From: Selaginella moellendorffii
Taxonomy: Eukaryota; Plantae; Lycopodiophyta
NCBI RefSeq assembly: GCF_000143415.4
Contig: NW_003314290.1
Span: 1,664,454-1,728,453 of the forward strand
DNA: 64,000 bases
Direction: 5' to 3'
Shown here: one piece after another, positions 10,011-21,652 of the stretch
Numbering within the stretch: position 1 is the stretch's first letter
How the letters are laid out: every line of letters starts with the position of its first letter
Notes under the pieces: model-generated
What the model saw: only the letters and a program-made list of their open reading frames with translations
Databases searched by the model: none
What the model was told of the DNA's origin: nothing
Made by a program: the position numbers and the translations under genes

Positions 10011-12425
10011 ATGTTCTTGTGTGAGCGGTGCTCTCGCGATCGTCTCGTCCTTGCGCGGTATGTTCTCGGGCTCTCCTCGATCGCAGTAGCTCAATCTCGT
10101 TCGACCCATCTCCGCCATGCCTCCCAGCCTAGCATCGCCCAAGAACACCACGACTTCCATCTCCTCCTCCCGGCGCTCCAGGCATGTACCGCCCTGCGCG
10201 ATCTCGAGATGGGCGACGCCATTGCCAATCTCGCCTCCAGCAGCAGCAGCAACGTCTTCGTCGCGAGCTCGATCGTCACCATGTACGCGCGATGCGCACG
10301 CATGGATCTTGCGAAGCGAGCTTTCGAGGAGATGGGGCCTCGCCGGGACGTGGTTGCGTGGAACTCGCTGCTCATCGGCTATGCCCGCAATGGGCATCCA
10401 GAGCTCGCGCTCGAGCTCTTCTCGAGGATGGAAGAGACCAACGCCGGGAGCTTCGTCGCGGCGATCAAGGCTTGCAGCGGTGGAATCGATCGAGATAGTG
10501 GCGGATCATCCGCGTTCCTGGATCGAGGGATCGCGATCCATCGCCAGGCGAGGAGAGCCGGCTGTGACGCCAACGTCTTCGTCGCCAACGCGATCGTGGA
10601 TTTCTACTGCAAGGCTGGGCGGTTGATCGAAGCTCGCGGGGTGTTTGATGCAATGCCCCAGCGCAGCGCCTCGTCCTGGAACGCGCTCATGCTGGGATTC
10701 GCCGAGAATGGGTCGCCGGAGGTGGCGATCGAGCTCTTCCATCGCTGCTGCGCGGTGGATTCCCGGGGTTTCGTCGCGGCGATCAAGGCGTGCTCCATGC
10801 TCGCTACACGGATCGATCGCGAGGAGGGCCGGGAGAGCTCGCTCGAGGCGATGGAGATTGGGAGGATCGCAGGGGAGAGTGGCATGGATCGCGAGAGCTT
10901 CGTGGCCAACGGGCTGGTGGATATGTATGCCAAGTGTGGCGCCATGGCGATGGCTCGCCGGATCTTCGACGCTATGGAGGAGAAGGACGTGGTCTCCTGG
11001 ACGGCGCTCATCTCCGGCTATGGCGAGAATGGAGAGGAGGCGATCGCCCTCGACGCTTTCGATCGATTCCACTCGCCAAACGAGCTCACGCTCGTGGCGG
11101 CGGTCAAGGCGTGCTCGCGGCTCTCGATCAAGGAGGAAGAATCGAGCTCCATAGCCGGGATGAAGATGAAGATGGATTCCCTGGCGAGGGCGATGAGGAT
11201 CCACGCTCGAGCGTGGAGATCCGGGCTTGGAACAAACACCCTTGTCGCGACCACGCTCATCGATCTCTACGCGCGGTGTGGCAGCCTGCTCGACGCGAGG
11301 ATTGCGTTCGATCGCATGGAGCTCCACTCCGCCGCGTCGTGGAACGCGATGATGCTCGGCTACGTCGATCACGGCCAGGCCCACGTAGCGCTGGAGCTCT
11401 TTTCCAGCACTGGAGGAGCTGCCGACGCTCGCGGCTCGATCGTGGCGGCGATCAAGGCGTGCGGGGAGCTCGGGCTGCTCGATCGCGGCGTGGAGATCCA
11501 CGCGCGAGCGGCGGAGCTGGGCCTCGCCTTGGATGGCTTTGTGGCGAGCGCGCTGGTGGAGATGTATGCCAAGTGTGGTGGCGGAGGAGTGGCGGAGCAT
11601 CGCGGCGGCGGGCTGGCGGAGGCTCGCAAACTTTGCGACGCTCTACCGGTGGGAGAGTTCGTGCCGTGGACGCGCCTGATGGTCGGCTACGCCGAGAGCG
11701 GCGAGGCGGAGGCGGCGCTGGAGATCTTCGCCCGCCTCCGCCTCCAGCGACCGCCGGATCCACAGCTCTTCCTGGCGGCGCTCTCGGCGTGTGGCGCGGC
11801 GGCGGCGCTGGACGCCGCGCGGGCCATCCACGCGGATTTGTCGCGTTCCGGGCTCGAGAGCTACGCGCCCCTGGCAAACTCTTTGATCGACGTTCATGGG
11901 AAGTGTGGCGATCTCGCGGCTGCCCAGCGGCTCTTCGATTCCTCGCGCTCGAGCTCCGAGGATCTGATGGCCTGGACGGCCTTGCTCGGCGCGTATGGCC
12001 GGGAGGGGGAGAGCCGGCGTGTTCTTGAGCTCTTTGGAGAGATGGTGGACGAGGGCGTCAAGCCCGACGGTGTGGCGCTTCTTTGCGTTCTCGCGGCGTG
12101 CAGCCATGCCGGGCTCGTCCACTCGGGCGAGCGGTGCTTCCACGCCATGGCTTCCAAGTTTGGGATCGTCCCGGGGATGGAGCACTACGTGTGCATGGTG
12201 GACATGCTTTGCCGCGCGAACCAGGTGGAGGCGGCGGTGGAGATGGCGAGGTCGATGACTCTCAAGCCGGGAGTTTTGATCTGGAGGACCATCTTGGGAG
12301 CTTGCCAGAGGTGGAAGAATGCCGAGCTTGGGAAGCTAGCTTTTGACGCGCTCGTGGAACTGGATCGCGACCAGGCCGTGGCTTATGTGTTTATGCGAAA
12401 CATGTACCAGACAACATTGGATTGA
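10011..12425 (+). CDS. PLS-class PPR protein with truncated E region, no DYW; intronless
   Basis: Repeated NVFVA..IV.MY.+CG / DVV.W.ALI.GY.++G motifs; HYVCMVDMLCRA...W.TILGAC end. Confidence 0.9.
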   Translation: MFLCERCSRDRLVLARYVLGLSSIAVAQSRSTHLRHASQPSIAQEHHDFHLLLPALQACTALRDLEMGDAIANLASSSSSNVFVASSIVTMYARCARMDLAKRAFEEMGPRRDVVAWNSLLIGYARNGHPELALELFSRMEETNAGSFVAAIKACSGGIDRDSGGSSAFLDRGIAIHRQARRAGCDANVFVANAIVDFYCKAGRLIEARGVFDAMPQRSASSWNALMLGFAENGSPEVAIELFHRCCAVDSRGFVAAIKACSMLATRIDREEGRESSLEAMEIGRIAGESGMDRESFVANGLVDMYAKCGAMAMARRIFDAMEEKDVVSWTALISGYGENGEEAIALDAFDRFHSPNELTLVAAVKACSRLSIKEEESSSIAGMKMKMDSLARAMRIHARAWRSGLGTNTLVATTLIDLYARCGSLLDARIAFDRMELHSAASWNAMMLGYVDHGQAHVALELFSSTGGAADARGSIVAAIKACGELGLLDRGVEIHARAAELGLALDGFVASALVEMYAKCGGGGVAEHRGGGLAEARKLCDALPVGEFVPWTRLMVGYAESGEAEAALEIFARLRLQRPPDPQLFLAALSACGAAAALDAARAIHADLSRSGLESYAPLANSLIDVHGKCGDLAAAQRLFDSSRSSSEDLMAWTALLGAYGREGESRRVLELFGEMVDEGVKPDGVALLCVLAACSHAGLVHSGERCFHAMASKFGIVPGMEHYVCMVDMLCRANQVEAAVEMARSMTLKPGVLIWRTILGACQRWKNAELGKLAFDALVELDRDQAVAYVFMRNMYQTTLD

Positions 12426-12581
12426 CGATCTTCTTGAGAAAATGGTCGATAGAGAAGATCTTCTTGAGAAAAAAAGAAAGTAAATACACCATGTTTACAA
12501 CAAACTTGGAATACACAAAACTATTCTTAGAGATCGATCGAGCGCAGTTAACTTAAGCTTACAACAAACTTCAAAGCTGTC

Positions 12582-13484
12582 TTAGAAGGAGGGCGATCTT
12601 CCATTCCTCGGGAACGTCCAGAACTCTCTCTCCTGATCCTCCAGGGCCCAAGGATCCATCTCCTCTTTCTCCCGCCGAGAGTTCCTCCGCTTGCTTCGTT
12701 TTCGATCTTCCTCCGGTTCCGGTTGCGAGCCTCTCCTCCGCTTCTTACTCATGGCCAGTTGGTCGACCCTCTGATCATCGTCACACACCCTCTGGCAAAA
12801 AATGGTGGCAACCCTTTGATTAGCGTCAGACACCCTCTTGCGCTTCGGCACCTTGACCAAGATGGCCTCGAGTACGTTGGCCATTTCTAGCGTTTGTTGA
12901 TCAACCTCGATCTTTAGGGCTTCTCGATTTTCCACAAAGTTACGATGGTCTTGCGGGTGTCGGACCACGCGAGCAGCCCTGGCTTGAAAATCTTCGGGCT
13001 GGACTGGCCGAGCCAGCGGTCTCGGCGCGAGATCGGCATTGCAGCGATACTTACACTGGATCGAGCAGTAGAGCGAGACCGTGGTGAGGAGCACCCTATT
13101 GCAATGGCGGCACTGGTTCTTGTTTGCCAAGGTTGCATTTCGCGGCCTCCCGTGCAGGAAGTGGATGTAGTTGCCGTTGATCTTGAACGTCTCCAGGCCG
13201 GAGGTGTCGATCAGGGGCGCGATGTCGTCGACCTTCAACGCCGCAAACCTGGACGCGCTGAGGACCTGCAGGATGTTTGGCTTGCAGGCCTTGTGATCGC
13301 GCTGGTCGCACTCCTTGCAAAGGGCTTTCTCGCAGGCACGGCAAAACGAGGCGAGCTTTCGATTACCCGGACCGACGTCTGGATGGGTCGGGCAACCCTT
13401 GAAGAAGTTCGTCTCACCCATCAGCGCAAGCAGCCATGAGGAAGACGAAGAAGCTTGAATGTCGTCGCTCGCACGCTCCTCCAT
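12582..13484 (-). CDS. PLATZ zinc-dependent transcription factor, intronless
   Basis: WL..L..TNFF..CPTH...FCRAC...LCKEC...H; LQV...VDDIAPLIDTSGLETFKINGNYIHFL..RP; CRHCNRVL...YCSIQCK; basic NLS-like C-terminus. Confidence 0.88.
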   Translation of the reverse strand: MEERASDDIQASSSSSWLLALMGETNFFKGCPTHPDVGPGNRKLASFCRACEKALCKECDQRDHKACKPNILQVLSASRFAALKVDDIAPLIDTSGLETFKINGNYIHFLHGRPRNATLANKNQCRHCNRVLLTTVSLYCSIQCKYRCNADLAPRPLARPVQPEDFQARAARVVRHPQDHRNFVENREALKIEVDQQTLEMANVLEAILVKVPKRKRVSDANQRVATIFCQRVCDDDQRVDQLAMSKKRRRGSQPEPEEDRKRSKRRNSRREKEEMDPWALEDQEREFWTFPRNGRSPSF

Positions 13485-14199
13485 AACTTCGATCTCTAGA
13501 CTATATACCAGCCCTAAATTTCTAAACCCCTGATCTCATCGGAAAGCACCTTTAGCCAAAAATAACAACATTGCCATCATGCTACAAAATAATAAAATAA
13601 CAAATCATTTGAAACAAAATTATGAATTAAACTAAACTATATATATTAATTTTTATTATATGTTAATTTATATAAAATTGATCTATACAATCAGAAGTCT
13701 TAATTTAAATTTAGAAAAAATAGTATATATGTAATTCCAATAATGCATGTGACAATGAAATTTCTATAATACTAATTATTGCATTTCACAATATTCAATA
13801 ATTTCTAAATGTATATTTAGTGGTATAAAACATTAAATTTTTTATATTTAAACTTAAATTTATTTATTTATAAATACTTATAGGGAAGTAAAAAGTTTAC
13901 TTCTCAATATAAAACATACCACTATCTATACTAAAACATAAACTTCATTAAGACTTAAATTTCTTTTCATCTTAAGACCTTGTAATGTAATTAACCTTTT
14001 TTCTGTACTATCAAATTTTAAAAATTATAAATAATTGAATAAATACTTTATAAACTAAAATTTAATATTATTTTGTGAGAAATAAAATACCAAAATGACT
14101 ATATTTGATTAACAAGAAAACCCTAGCTCATATATAAAACTAAATGGTCTTGATTAAAACAAATGCAATAGCTCTTCGTTAATAATAGTATATCGCATC

Positions 14200-16600
14200 A
14201 TAACTGTACACTTGGACCTCATATCATTCTTTCCTCTCAGAAGGATGGAAGGCAATTAAGATTTTTGGTTCATAAGTTAGGATCTAAAGGAATATTAAGA
14301 AAAGGTACTAATGGATTTATGAATGATGCAAATTGTTCCTGATCCCTTTGTATTAAACACTTTAATTGGTGAATATGCATAATTTATAGAGGATCAACTT
14401 ATTGAATGTTATGCCGAATTTTATAAATTTACAATCTAACTTGCCACAATACTCAATATAGTCCTTTACACTAAGTAAAGAGCCCCTTAGACAAAACATA
14501 TGCTATAAAATTAAGAAAAAAAATTAACATCATATCATTCACTTTATACTCTACAAATAAATAATCATGGGAGTTATAGTTTGTTGTTGTCCCACTTATA
14601 TACAGCCTAAATATTCAATAGACTTCACTGAAATCAGTGGAAGAATAATCAGTAAATACTAATCCTAAGACCTAGTATCCATAGTTTTTGGCAATTGCAA
14701 AGGTAAACTCAACTCCGATGATAGTATCAAATCATAACTATATAAGAGTTTATATGGTGAAACACTAATAGAACTTTGTACTTTTATGACATATATATAC
14801 CACAGAGATGGCAAATAACCATCCCAATTCAAATATTGAAAGTTTACAAACTTTGCAATTATCTTTCTAAAGGTCTGAAAAAATCATTTTGCCAAACCAT
14901 CTGACTGTGGATGATAAACACTCGTGAAAATGTGGTGTATCCCCAGCCAAGAGATTAAAGTGTGAAATGCCTTATCCATAAATATAGAACCATTATCCTA
15001 AAGAATTCACTCAAGATAGAAATGTTGGAACATTACTCAATTTAAGAGGAAGTATTCAACAATAGTTGTAAGCACACTAGCAAGAACACCAACTTCCACT
15101 TAGCGAGTCAAATAGTCATAAACAATAATAATATATTCATTGCTAGTAGTTAACCGTGGAAAAGGCTCTATTACATCAAATGCCACCAACTTAAACAGAT
15201 GGAAAATTACAAATGACTTTAACTATTTTTCCATAAAATGAGGGGAAGTATTACAAGCTTGGCACCAAATGCAATTACACACATACTGAATAATATCATA
15301 TTGCATCTCTAACCAATAGAAAGATCTATTTAGTTTCTTAGTCACATAATATGCTTATTTAGAATAAGAGAGTTATTGTAAATGTAGAGAAAGTATGGAA
15401 TAAATATCAAAGGCACCACTAGCCATAATTTATCATTAAGATTAATTTCCATAAAATAAAGATCTCTTTTGATCTTCTTTGATGACCGATAGTCAAATAG
15501 GAACTTGATTAGATTAGCATTTTCATTTGGAATAGAATGATGTATTGTAATCTTAACCCTAAACAACAAGTCATAGTTGAAAAAAGTAGCATAATTCTTC
15601 TTGAGTTAGTCAACTGTTACAACACAAAGATTGTCAAAGGGATAGAGAGAGTATGGAGGAGCAAGATAACAATACAGAAGAAAGTAATAAAAAAATAAAA
15701 GTGATGGAAGTAGAAGTAAAAGCAGAAGGACGAAGTAAAACAAAAGTGAAAGGAATTGAAAAAAAATGAGGAAGTATAAAACAAGGGGGAAAAGCCTTAA
15801 ATTAATACTTAGCATAATTGCATTGCAACTAATCTATCCTATAATTAAAGTAAAAAAATTAATTTGGCACCATTTGCAACAATGAATCATAAGCTCAAAA
15901 TCACCCACATGCATAACTAGATTTACTTTATCTTATATATATACATGTGTATGACCATTGCTATAAAGAATAAAAACTAGCTCTACCACATGATATAACT
16001 ATAGATGGCAATATGTGGCAACATGCCAAGCAATAAAAGATAACCTTGAGCTTGTATTAACTAACACAGAGAAAATAATAAAAGATAAAAATGAGTTTGA
16101 AAAGAAAATATTAGATGAATTAGTGTTGAATGCACTCCTTAATAGTACTCCTAAAAGAATAATGGAAGGGTCATTAACTTATTTGTACAAAGACCCTTCA
16201 TTACTCATGCAATTTTTCATTTCCCAAAAAATCATTATATCAAGACTTTTTATTGTAATAGCCTTAATAGAATGTTGTTGATGAGACTCCACTCAAGAAA
16301 TAGAAAATGCTAATCTGGAAAACGCCGATAATGCTAATATGTGTGGCCACTCTCATCACACACCCAACACTAAACATCACAATGCCAATATATATGCCCA
16401 ACTTTATCACACGACCAGCAGTGGATATCATGGCCAACAATAAATAGAAAAGGTGATGGCTCATAGTATTTTGCCCGTTGAAAAACATTGTCAATGGTGG
16501 TAGGAGCAAATGCATACACAAGTTTTACAAAATCTTGACGAAACATTAGTCACAACATTCTCAACTTGATTCACTTTAATATAGTTAGCTTTGCGTAAAG
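14200..16600 (-). mobile_element. Degenerate Ty3/gypsy LTR retrotransposon relic (gag zinc knuckles and integrase) inside an AT-rich island ~13550-18400
   Basis: Minus-strand translation through stops: CWSCDKVGHIYWHC..CWVCDESGH (~16330-16430); integrase FDVIEPFP...YIIVYDYLTR...DNGSIF...GIHHIFTSVYHPQSDGLA (~14880-15190). Boundaries approximate. Confidence 0.75.
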
Positions 16601-18999
16601 CAAAAGGCTCTAAAGGCAACCCTTAATGGAGATGATGCAATTTTTGGAAAGAATCATTAAAATTGTCAAATATTTAAATATGCCTTAAAGAAGGTTTCAA
16701 TTTGCATAAGTGGTTGTGTTTAAACCATTGTACCATTGCAACATTATCTCTTAGAGATATATGGTAAACTTGTATAAATGCCAAGCATCATTTTAAAAAT
16801 GATAAAGGGCAATCACTTTAAAGTGATTGAACTAATGGTATATATCATCTTTAAGATTTTCATAGAAGAACTCTGGCTAAACACAAAGATTGATAGTAAG
16901 AGCAAAAGGAGCTGCACCACACACTATAAATATTGCCATCAATTAAGTCTAATTGTTCAATTGCAACTATAAACCATCAAGCAATTGTATCAATTGCTAC
17001 TCTAAATTCAAAGGAGGAAGCTATTACTCTACCATAGAGATGAACAAAAAGAAGAAAAAACAAAGGAGAAGAAATTAAAAAGGTATAAAACAAAAGAGAT
17101 TTAAATAATGCAAAAAAATAGATCTAAACAAAAATTATAAATCCATACACTCTTCAAGGACAATTAGAGCTGGCCCTCATCCTCACTAATATGAAGCATG
17201 AAGTATAAAAATGAAATACAGAAATATGCATATTCGATTAGGCTGGAAACTCTAAGTTATATATAAAAACAAGTGGTCTAAATTGAAATTAATCTAATAA
17301 CTACCAAAATCCCACTACATTAATAATAGTATACATTATCATAGTCATCCACCTAGACCTCACAAATTATATTATAGTTTTCTTTTATTCATATATTTTA
17401 ATTTATGTTCTTGTTAAAAAATATAATTTGCAATGGTGCAAGAAATAATATGAGTAGCTAAATTTAATAAATGGCACCTAAATTCTAAGATAATCATCGA
17501 TATAATAACATACACTTTAAATCATTTATGAATTTAAAGTAGTTAATTGTTTAAATAATATACTATGTTTCTCTTAAAATATCTAGCAAATATTAAATTA
17601 GGATAATGCCTTTAATTTAATGTTTTAATACTTACCTATTATGATCCTTCACTTCTTCACAAAAAGGGTATCACCTTGTTTCTCTGCTTACCTTTTTAAA
17701 TTTACATTACATTAAGTTTTATCAACTTAATATAATGTTCAAATTTTGTTTCAAGTTCTTCACACTAAGAATTAAACATTAAATTAGTTTAATATTTGTA
17801 GTTTTTGGTTAAAGTTAATGTTATCATTTCTTATTGTTGTGAGAATCATTTAAAACAAACAAGCACAACACAAATGAGTAGGTTGTGGCATAAGCCATGT
17901 CTCAACTTTGAAGAATAACTCATTTTTTCTTTTGAAGGGTTTGTTTGAGATTTACTTTTCACTTATAAATATAAAATACAATCAAGTTCAATGATGTTTT
18001 ATAAGCATAAATACCTCATAGCTCAAAACATGGGAAATAATCTGTCCATTTACCTAGTACTTTATATGTGTAACTCTTTATTAACAGTATTTTATGGTTA
18101 AAAATCATACTAAATTTATAATTGTTCATAAAGTTTTTATAAAAATTACCATTCTATAAATGGTAAAACACCTTTTGAAGGATATAAAAACCATCAAAGT
18201 TGGAGCATGGTGCATGTGCTTCAAGAGGAGGCCTACAACTAACACAGGAAGGTCAGTAGAGTTAGAAGTTAAATTTTGTAGCTAGAGTTTGTCAGCAAGG
18301 TTTTTGAATTTGTTGGTTGAAATGCTTAGTGTTAAATTAGTCTAATTAAACTAATTTATAAAGTCCTAATTTAGCATATTTTCCAGTTTTAGCATATTCT
18401 TGTTTTTATGCTGTTTGTATGGTTCAGATTCTTATTTGATGGTTGTGACAGCCTCCATCATACCTATTATCCTGACTTAGTGCCTTGCAGACTGACGAAA
18501 ACGATCACGAGGAAGAAGATATCGGCCACCAACTGTGATTTATTTCTTTTTTTATGTTTTAAAAATCGTAATCACCATACGCTGTTCAATGTCACGGTCT
18601 TGATTAATTCCTTACCATCAGCAACTTGGCCACCAGGAATGAGGACTTCGCGAGCTCACTGCTCCCCAGATCATCGACTAAACTTCGTACTGTTGCCAAC
18701 GATATGATCATGAGTGGCTCCTTATTGTAGCTTTGATCCGGCCAACAAGCTGTAGGCTTGCTGCGGGTCGGTTAGCACATAGAGATTAATCCCTGTCACG
18801 GTTTTGATGGACAGATCTGAATTTGAAGAGAAGTCATCGAGAAGCGTCTTTCTGCTAGCAAACTCTGATCTCAAACACAATGCTCACATAAGGGCTGCAA
18901 GGTGCCATGCATTTTCTTTCTCCTCCCTCTTCGACTTTGATCATGATCTTCTTGTGGATCACTTGCTATGTGGAAGAAGCTAGCACAGCCTCTATGCGA

Positions 19000-19171
19000 A
19001 GTCAAGGACACTAAGGTTGGTGTTCTACACTCAGTATGGAACCTCTTTTCCATTGAAGAGCCAGACTTAGGCAATGTGGTGGCTTATACTCACAACAAGA
19101 GGATGGAAGAAGCAAAAGACCTTTTGCGCATGGCACCGCTTCCTTCTTTGCATGGAACTCACTTATCATGA
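19000..19171 (+). pseudogene. Short PPR-repeat relic
   Basis: GVLHSVWNLFSIEEPDLGNVVAYTHNKRMEEAKDL resembles an SS-type PPR unit with deletions. Confidence 0.4.
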
Positions 19172-19346
19172 GCATGGGGCATACAATAAAAAATGCTATG
19201 CCAAAATGCTTTGAGAATGTTTTGAATAAACCAAGAGCTCTAGACACTTCGTGGCAAAACATACATGATAGTTCAGCTAAAAAGGAAATATTTCTAATGA
19301 GCCACAGTGCACTTCTTTACATTATTATTATTTGAGCCAAATGATG

Positions 19347-21446
19347 TTAAAAGGCGGATTTTCGAGTTCCCCCAAGTTGCTTGTAGATGTTTGAGAGGAG
19401 GATGAATGGACCGCTAGTCTGGGGCTCGAGCTCGATTATCCGGCGAGCAGACACGATCCCACCTGTGGTGTCACCGTGGTTACTGCAAGCGGAGAGGAGC
19501 GTCATCCATGCGATAACGTCGGGCTCAAACGGCATGGAATCCAGCAGCTCCCGGGCTTGTTTCAATCGCCCGGATCGACCCAGCATGTCAACCATGCACA
19601 GGTAGTGATCCATCGTGACTCCCGAGTGATAGTCCCCCGGGATGGACGAGAAGTAGCTCCTGGCGTGCTCTATCATCCCGGCGTGGCTGCAAGCCGAGAG
19701 AATCCTCACGAACGAGATGTGGTCCGGCTCAAGGCCGTGCTGGTCCAGCGTCTGGAATATCTCCAGCGCCTCGGCTCCAGAGCCGGCGGTGGAGCAAGCA
19801 GCCATGAACGAGTTCCACGCCGCGATGTCGACAGAGTTCTTCGAGGATTTATCGAAGAGGGCTCTCGCGTCGTCCAGGCTACCACACTTTGCGTACATGT
19901 TGATGAGGCTCTCGCCAACTGCATCGTCGAACAAGATGCCCGCCTCGACAACGCTCATATGGACTGCCTTGCCATCTTCCGCCACACCCAAGCTCGTACA
20001 AGCATCGAAGATCCCAATAAGCGTATACTTGTCTGTGGGATATCCCTCCAGATCTTTCCTCACGACCAACGCAATCGCCTTCTTCGCTTGCCCCTTCTCG
20101 GCAAATGCTGCGATCAGGATGTTCCAGGACACCGCGTTTTTATCCCTCATTCTCTCAAACATCAACTCGGCATCTTGTAATCGATCGTTGAATGCGTAGG
20201 ACGTGAGCATGGTGTTCCAGGAAATTGGATTCGGGCATGGAATCTCGGCAAACAGGGCCTCGGCTTGAGAAACATGCCCATGCAAAGCATATGCTCCAAG
20301 CAACGTGTTCCAGGACACGGTATCTTTCTCTGGGATTTGATCGAACAGATCTTTAGCCTCCACAACAACACCGCTGTGAGAGTACGCCCCAAGCATCGCG
20401 TTCCACGAGACAAGATCTTTTGTTCCCATCTTATCAAAGAGTTCCTTCGCTGCTCGCAAGTTCTTGCTTTGGGCATATGCTGTTAGCATGGTCGTCCAGG
20501 AGACGGTATCTTTAATCGGCATTTTCTGAAACAAATACCAAGCTTCTCTCAAGAATCCCGTTTGTGTATATCCAGTGATCATCGCATTCCACGAAACAAC
20601 ATTCCTCTCATTCATGTCATCAAATACTTGCCTCGCTTCATACAGATGCCCAGACCGGGCATATGCTACAAGCATCGAGGTTCTAGACACCACATCAGGA
20701 TCTGGCAGAGAATCAAATATATCCTTCGCTCGATCCATGAAACCCCTCTTGCAGAGTGCAGCGATTAGAACATTGCAAGCATAGGTTTTGGGTTCCGGCA
20801 TTCTATCGAGCAGCTCTTTCGCCTCCTCCAAATGCCCGTTTTGGGAATAAGCTGTGATCATGCTCGTCCAAGAGACTACATTGGGATCACGGATTTTATC
20901 AAAGACGGCTCTCGATTCCTCCACGCTGCCGCATCTCGCGTACATCGTGATGAGCCCATTTGCCACAACTTCGTTAGATTCGTGCCCAGCTTCCAGGATT
21001 TTGGAGTGGATCTCTCTTCCCAGCTCCAGATCCCAGCAAACACCCAGAACTGTGGCATACGTATGTGCGTTGAGCTGGAGAGTCCCGTCGCGTTGCATCC
21101 GCGCATAGATTTCCAGTGCCTCCCGCGGGAATCCATTGCCGGCGTAGACCTTGATCAGTATGTTCCACGAGAAGAGATTGGGGCGGTCGATGGAATCAAA
21201 CACCAGGCGCGCGCTCGGGACGCTGCCGCAGCTGCCATACGCCTCGACGAGGAGATTGCGCAGGAACTTGTTGCGGTGGAAGGAGCTCTCCAAGATCTCC
21301 GCGTGAATTGCACGGCATTGCGACAGATCCCCGGCATCTCTGCACGATCGCAGGCGCGCAGCGAGCAAAGCAATCTCGCCATCGCCATCCCCATCGCCGT
21401 GCTTCGTCTCCTTCCATTGCAAGCCAATGGACGGCTGAAATTGCAT
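19347..21446 (-). CDS. PLS-class PPR protein (many SS motifs) with E region, no DYW; intronless
   Basis: Array of 31-aa DxVSWNxMLxAYxxxG units; HYLCMVDMLGRSG...MPFEPDVIAWMTLLSAC...ILLSNIY. Start uncertain. Confidence 0.92.
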   Translation of the reverse strand: MQFQPSIGLQWKETKHGDGDGDGEIALLAARLRSCRDAGDLSQCRAIHAEILESSFHRNKFLRNLLVEAYGSCGSVPSARLVFDSIDRPNLFSWNILIKVYAGNGFPREALEIYARMQRDGTLQLNAHTYATVLGVCWDLELGREIHSKILEAGHESNEVVANGLITMYARCGSVEESRAVFDKIRDPNVVSWTSMITAYSQNGHLEEAKELLDRMPEPKTYACNVLIAALCKRGFMDRAKDIFDSLPDPDVVSRTSMLVAYARSGHLYEARQVFDDMNERNVVSWNAMITGYTQTGFLREAWYLFQKMPIKDTVSWTTMLTAYAQSKNLRAAKELFDKMGTKDLVSWNAMLGAYSHSGVVVEAKDLFDQIPEKDTVSWNTLLGAYALHGHVSQAEALFAEIPCPNPISWNTMLTSYAFNDRLQDAELMFERMRDKNAVSWNILIAAFAEKGQAKKAIALVVRKDLEGYPTDKYTLIGIFDACTSLGVAEDGKAVHMSVVEAGILFDDAVGESLINMYAKCGSLDDARALFDKSSKNSVDIAAWNSFMAACSTAGSGAEALEIFQTLDQHGLEPDHISFVRILSACSHAGMIEHARSYFSSIPGDYHSGVTMDHYLCMVDMLGRSGRLKQARELLDSMPFEPDVIAWMTLLSACSNHGDTTGGIVSARRIIELEPQTSGPFILLSNIYKQLGGTRKSAF

Positions 21447-21514
21447 GTGATCCAAGTGGACGGCTGAAATTGCATGTGATCCAAATGGACGGCTGAAATT
21501 TCGTGTGATCCAAA
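21428..21514. repeat. Three 29-bp tandem repeats (tggacggctgaaattgcatgtgatccaa[g/a])
   Basis: Units at 21428-21456, 21457-21485 and 21486-21514 (third slightly diverged). Confidence 0.9.
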
Positions 21515-21652
21515 ATCCAAAATCCAGTCAGCCATTGACTTTCATTGACATTTTTTGACTCTCGAATGAGCGCGAGATTTCATAGATAAGGGAGGACGAA
21601 AGATCAGCAAAATTTTAAGAGAGAGAGAGAAACAAACCAAGGCTCTTCCACT

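Noticed and set aside
10091-12346. Many long overlapping ORFs within the first PPR
   Set aside because: Alternative-frame artefacts of very high GC; the PPR frame explains the region.
21428-21514. 29-bp repeats (and the 40-bp repeats at 36856) as a CRISPR array
   Set aside because: Units are contiguous with no spacers, and the context is eukaryotic with no cas genes.
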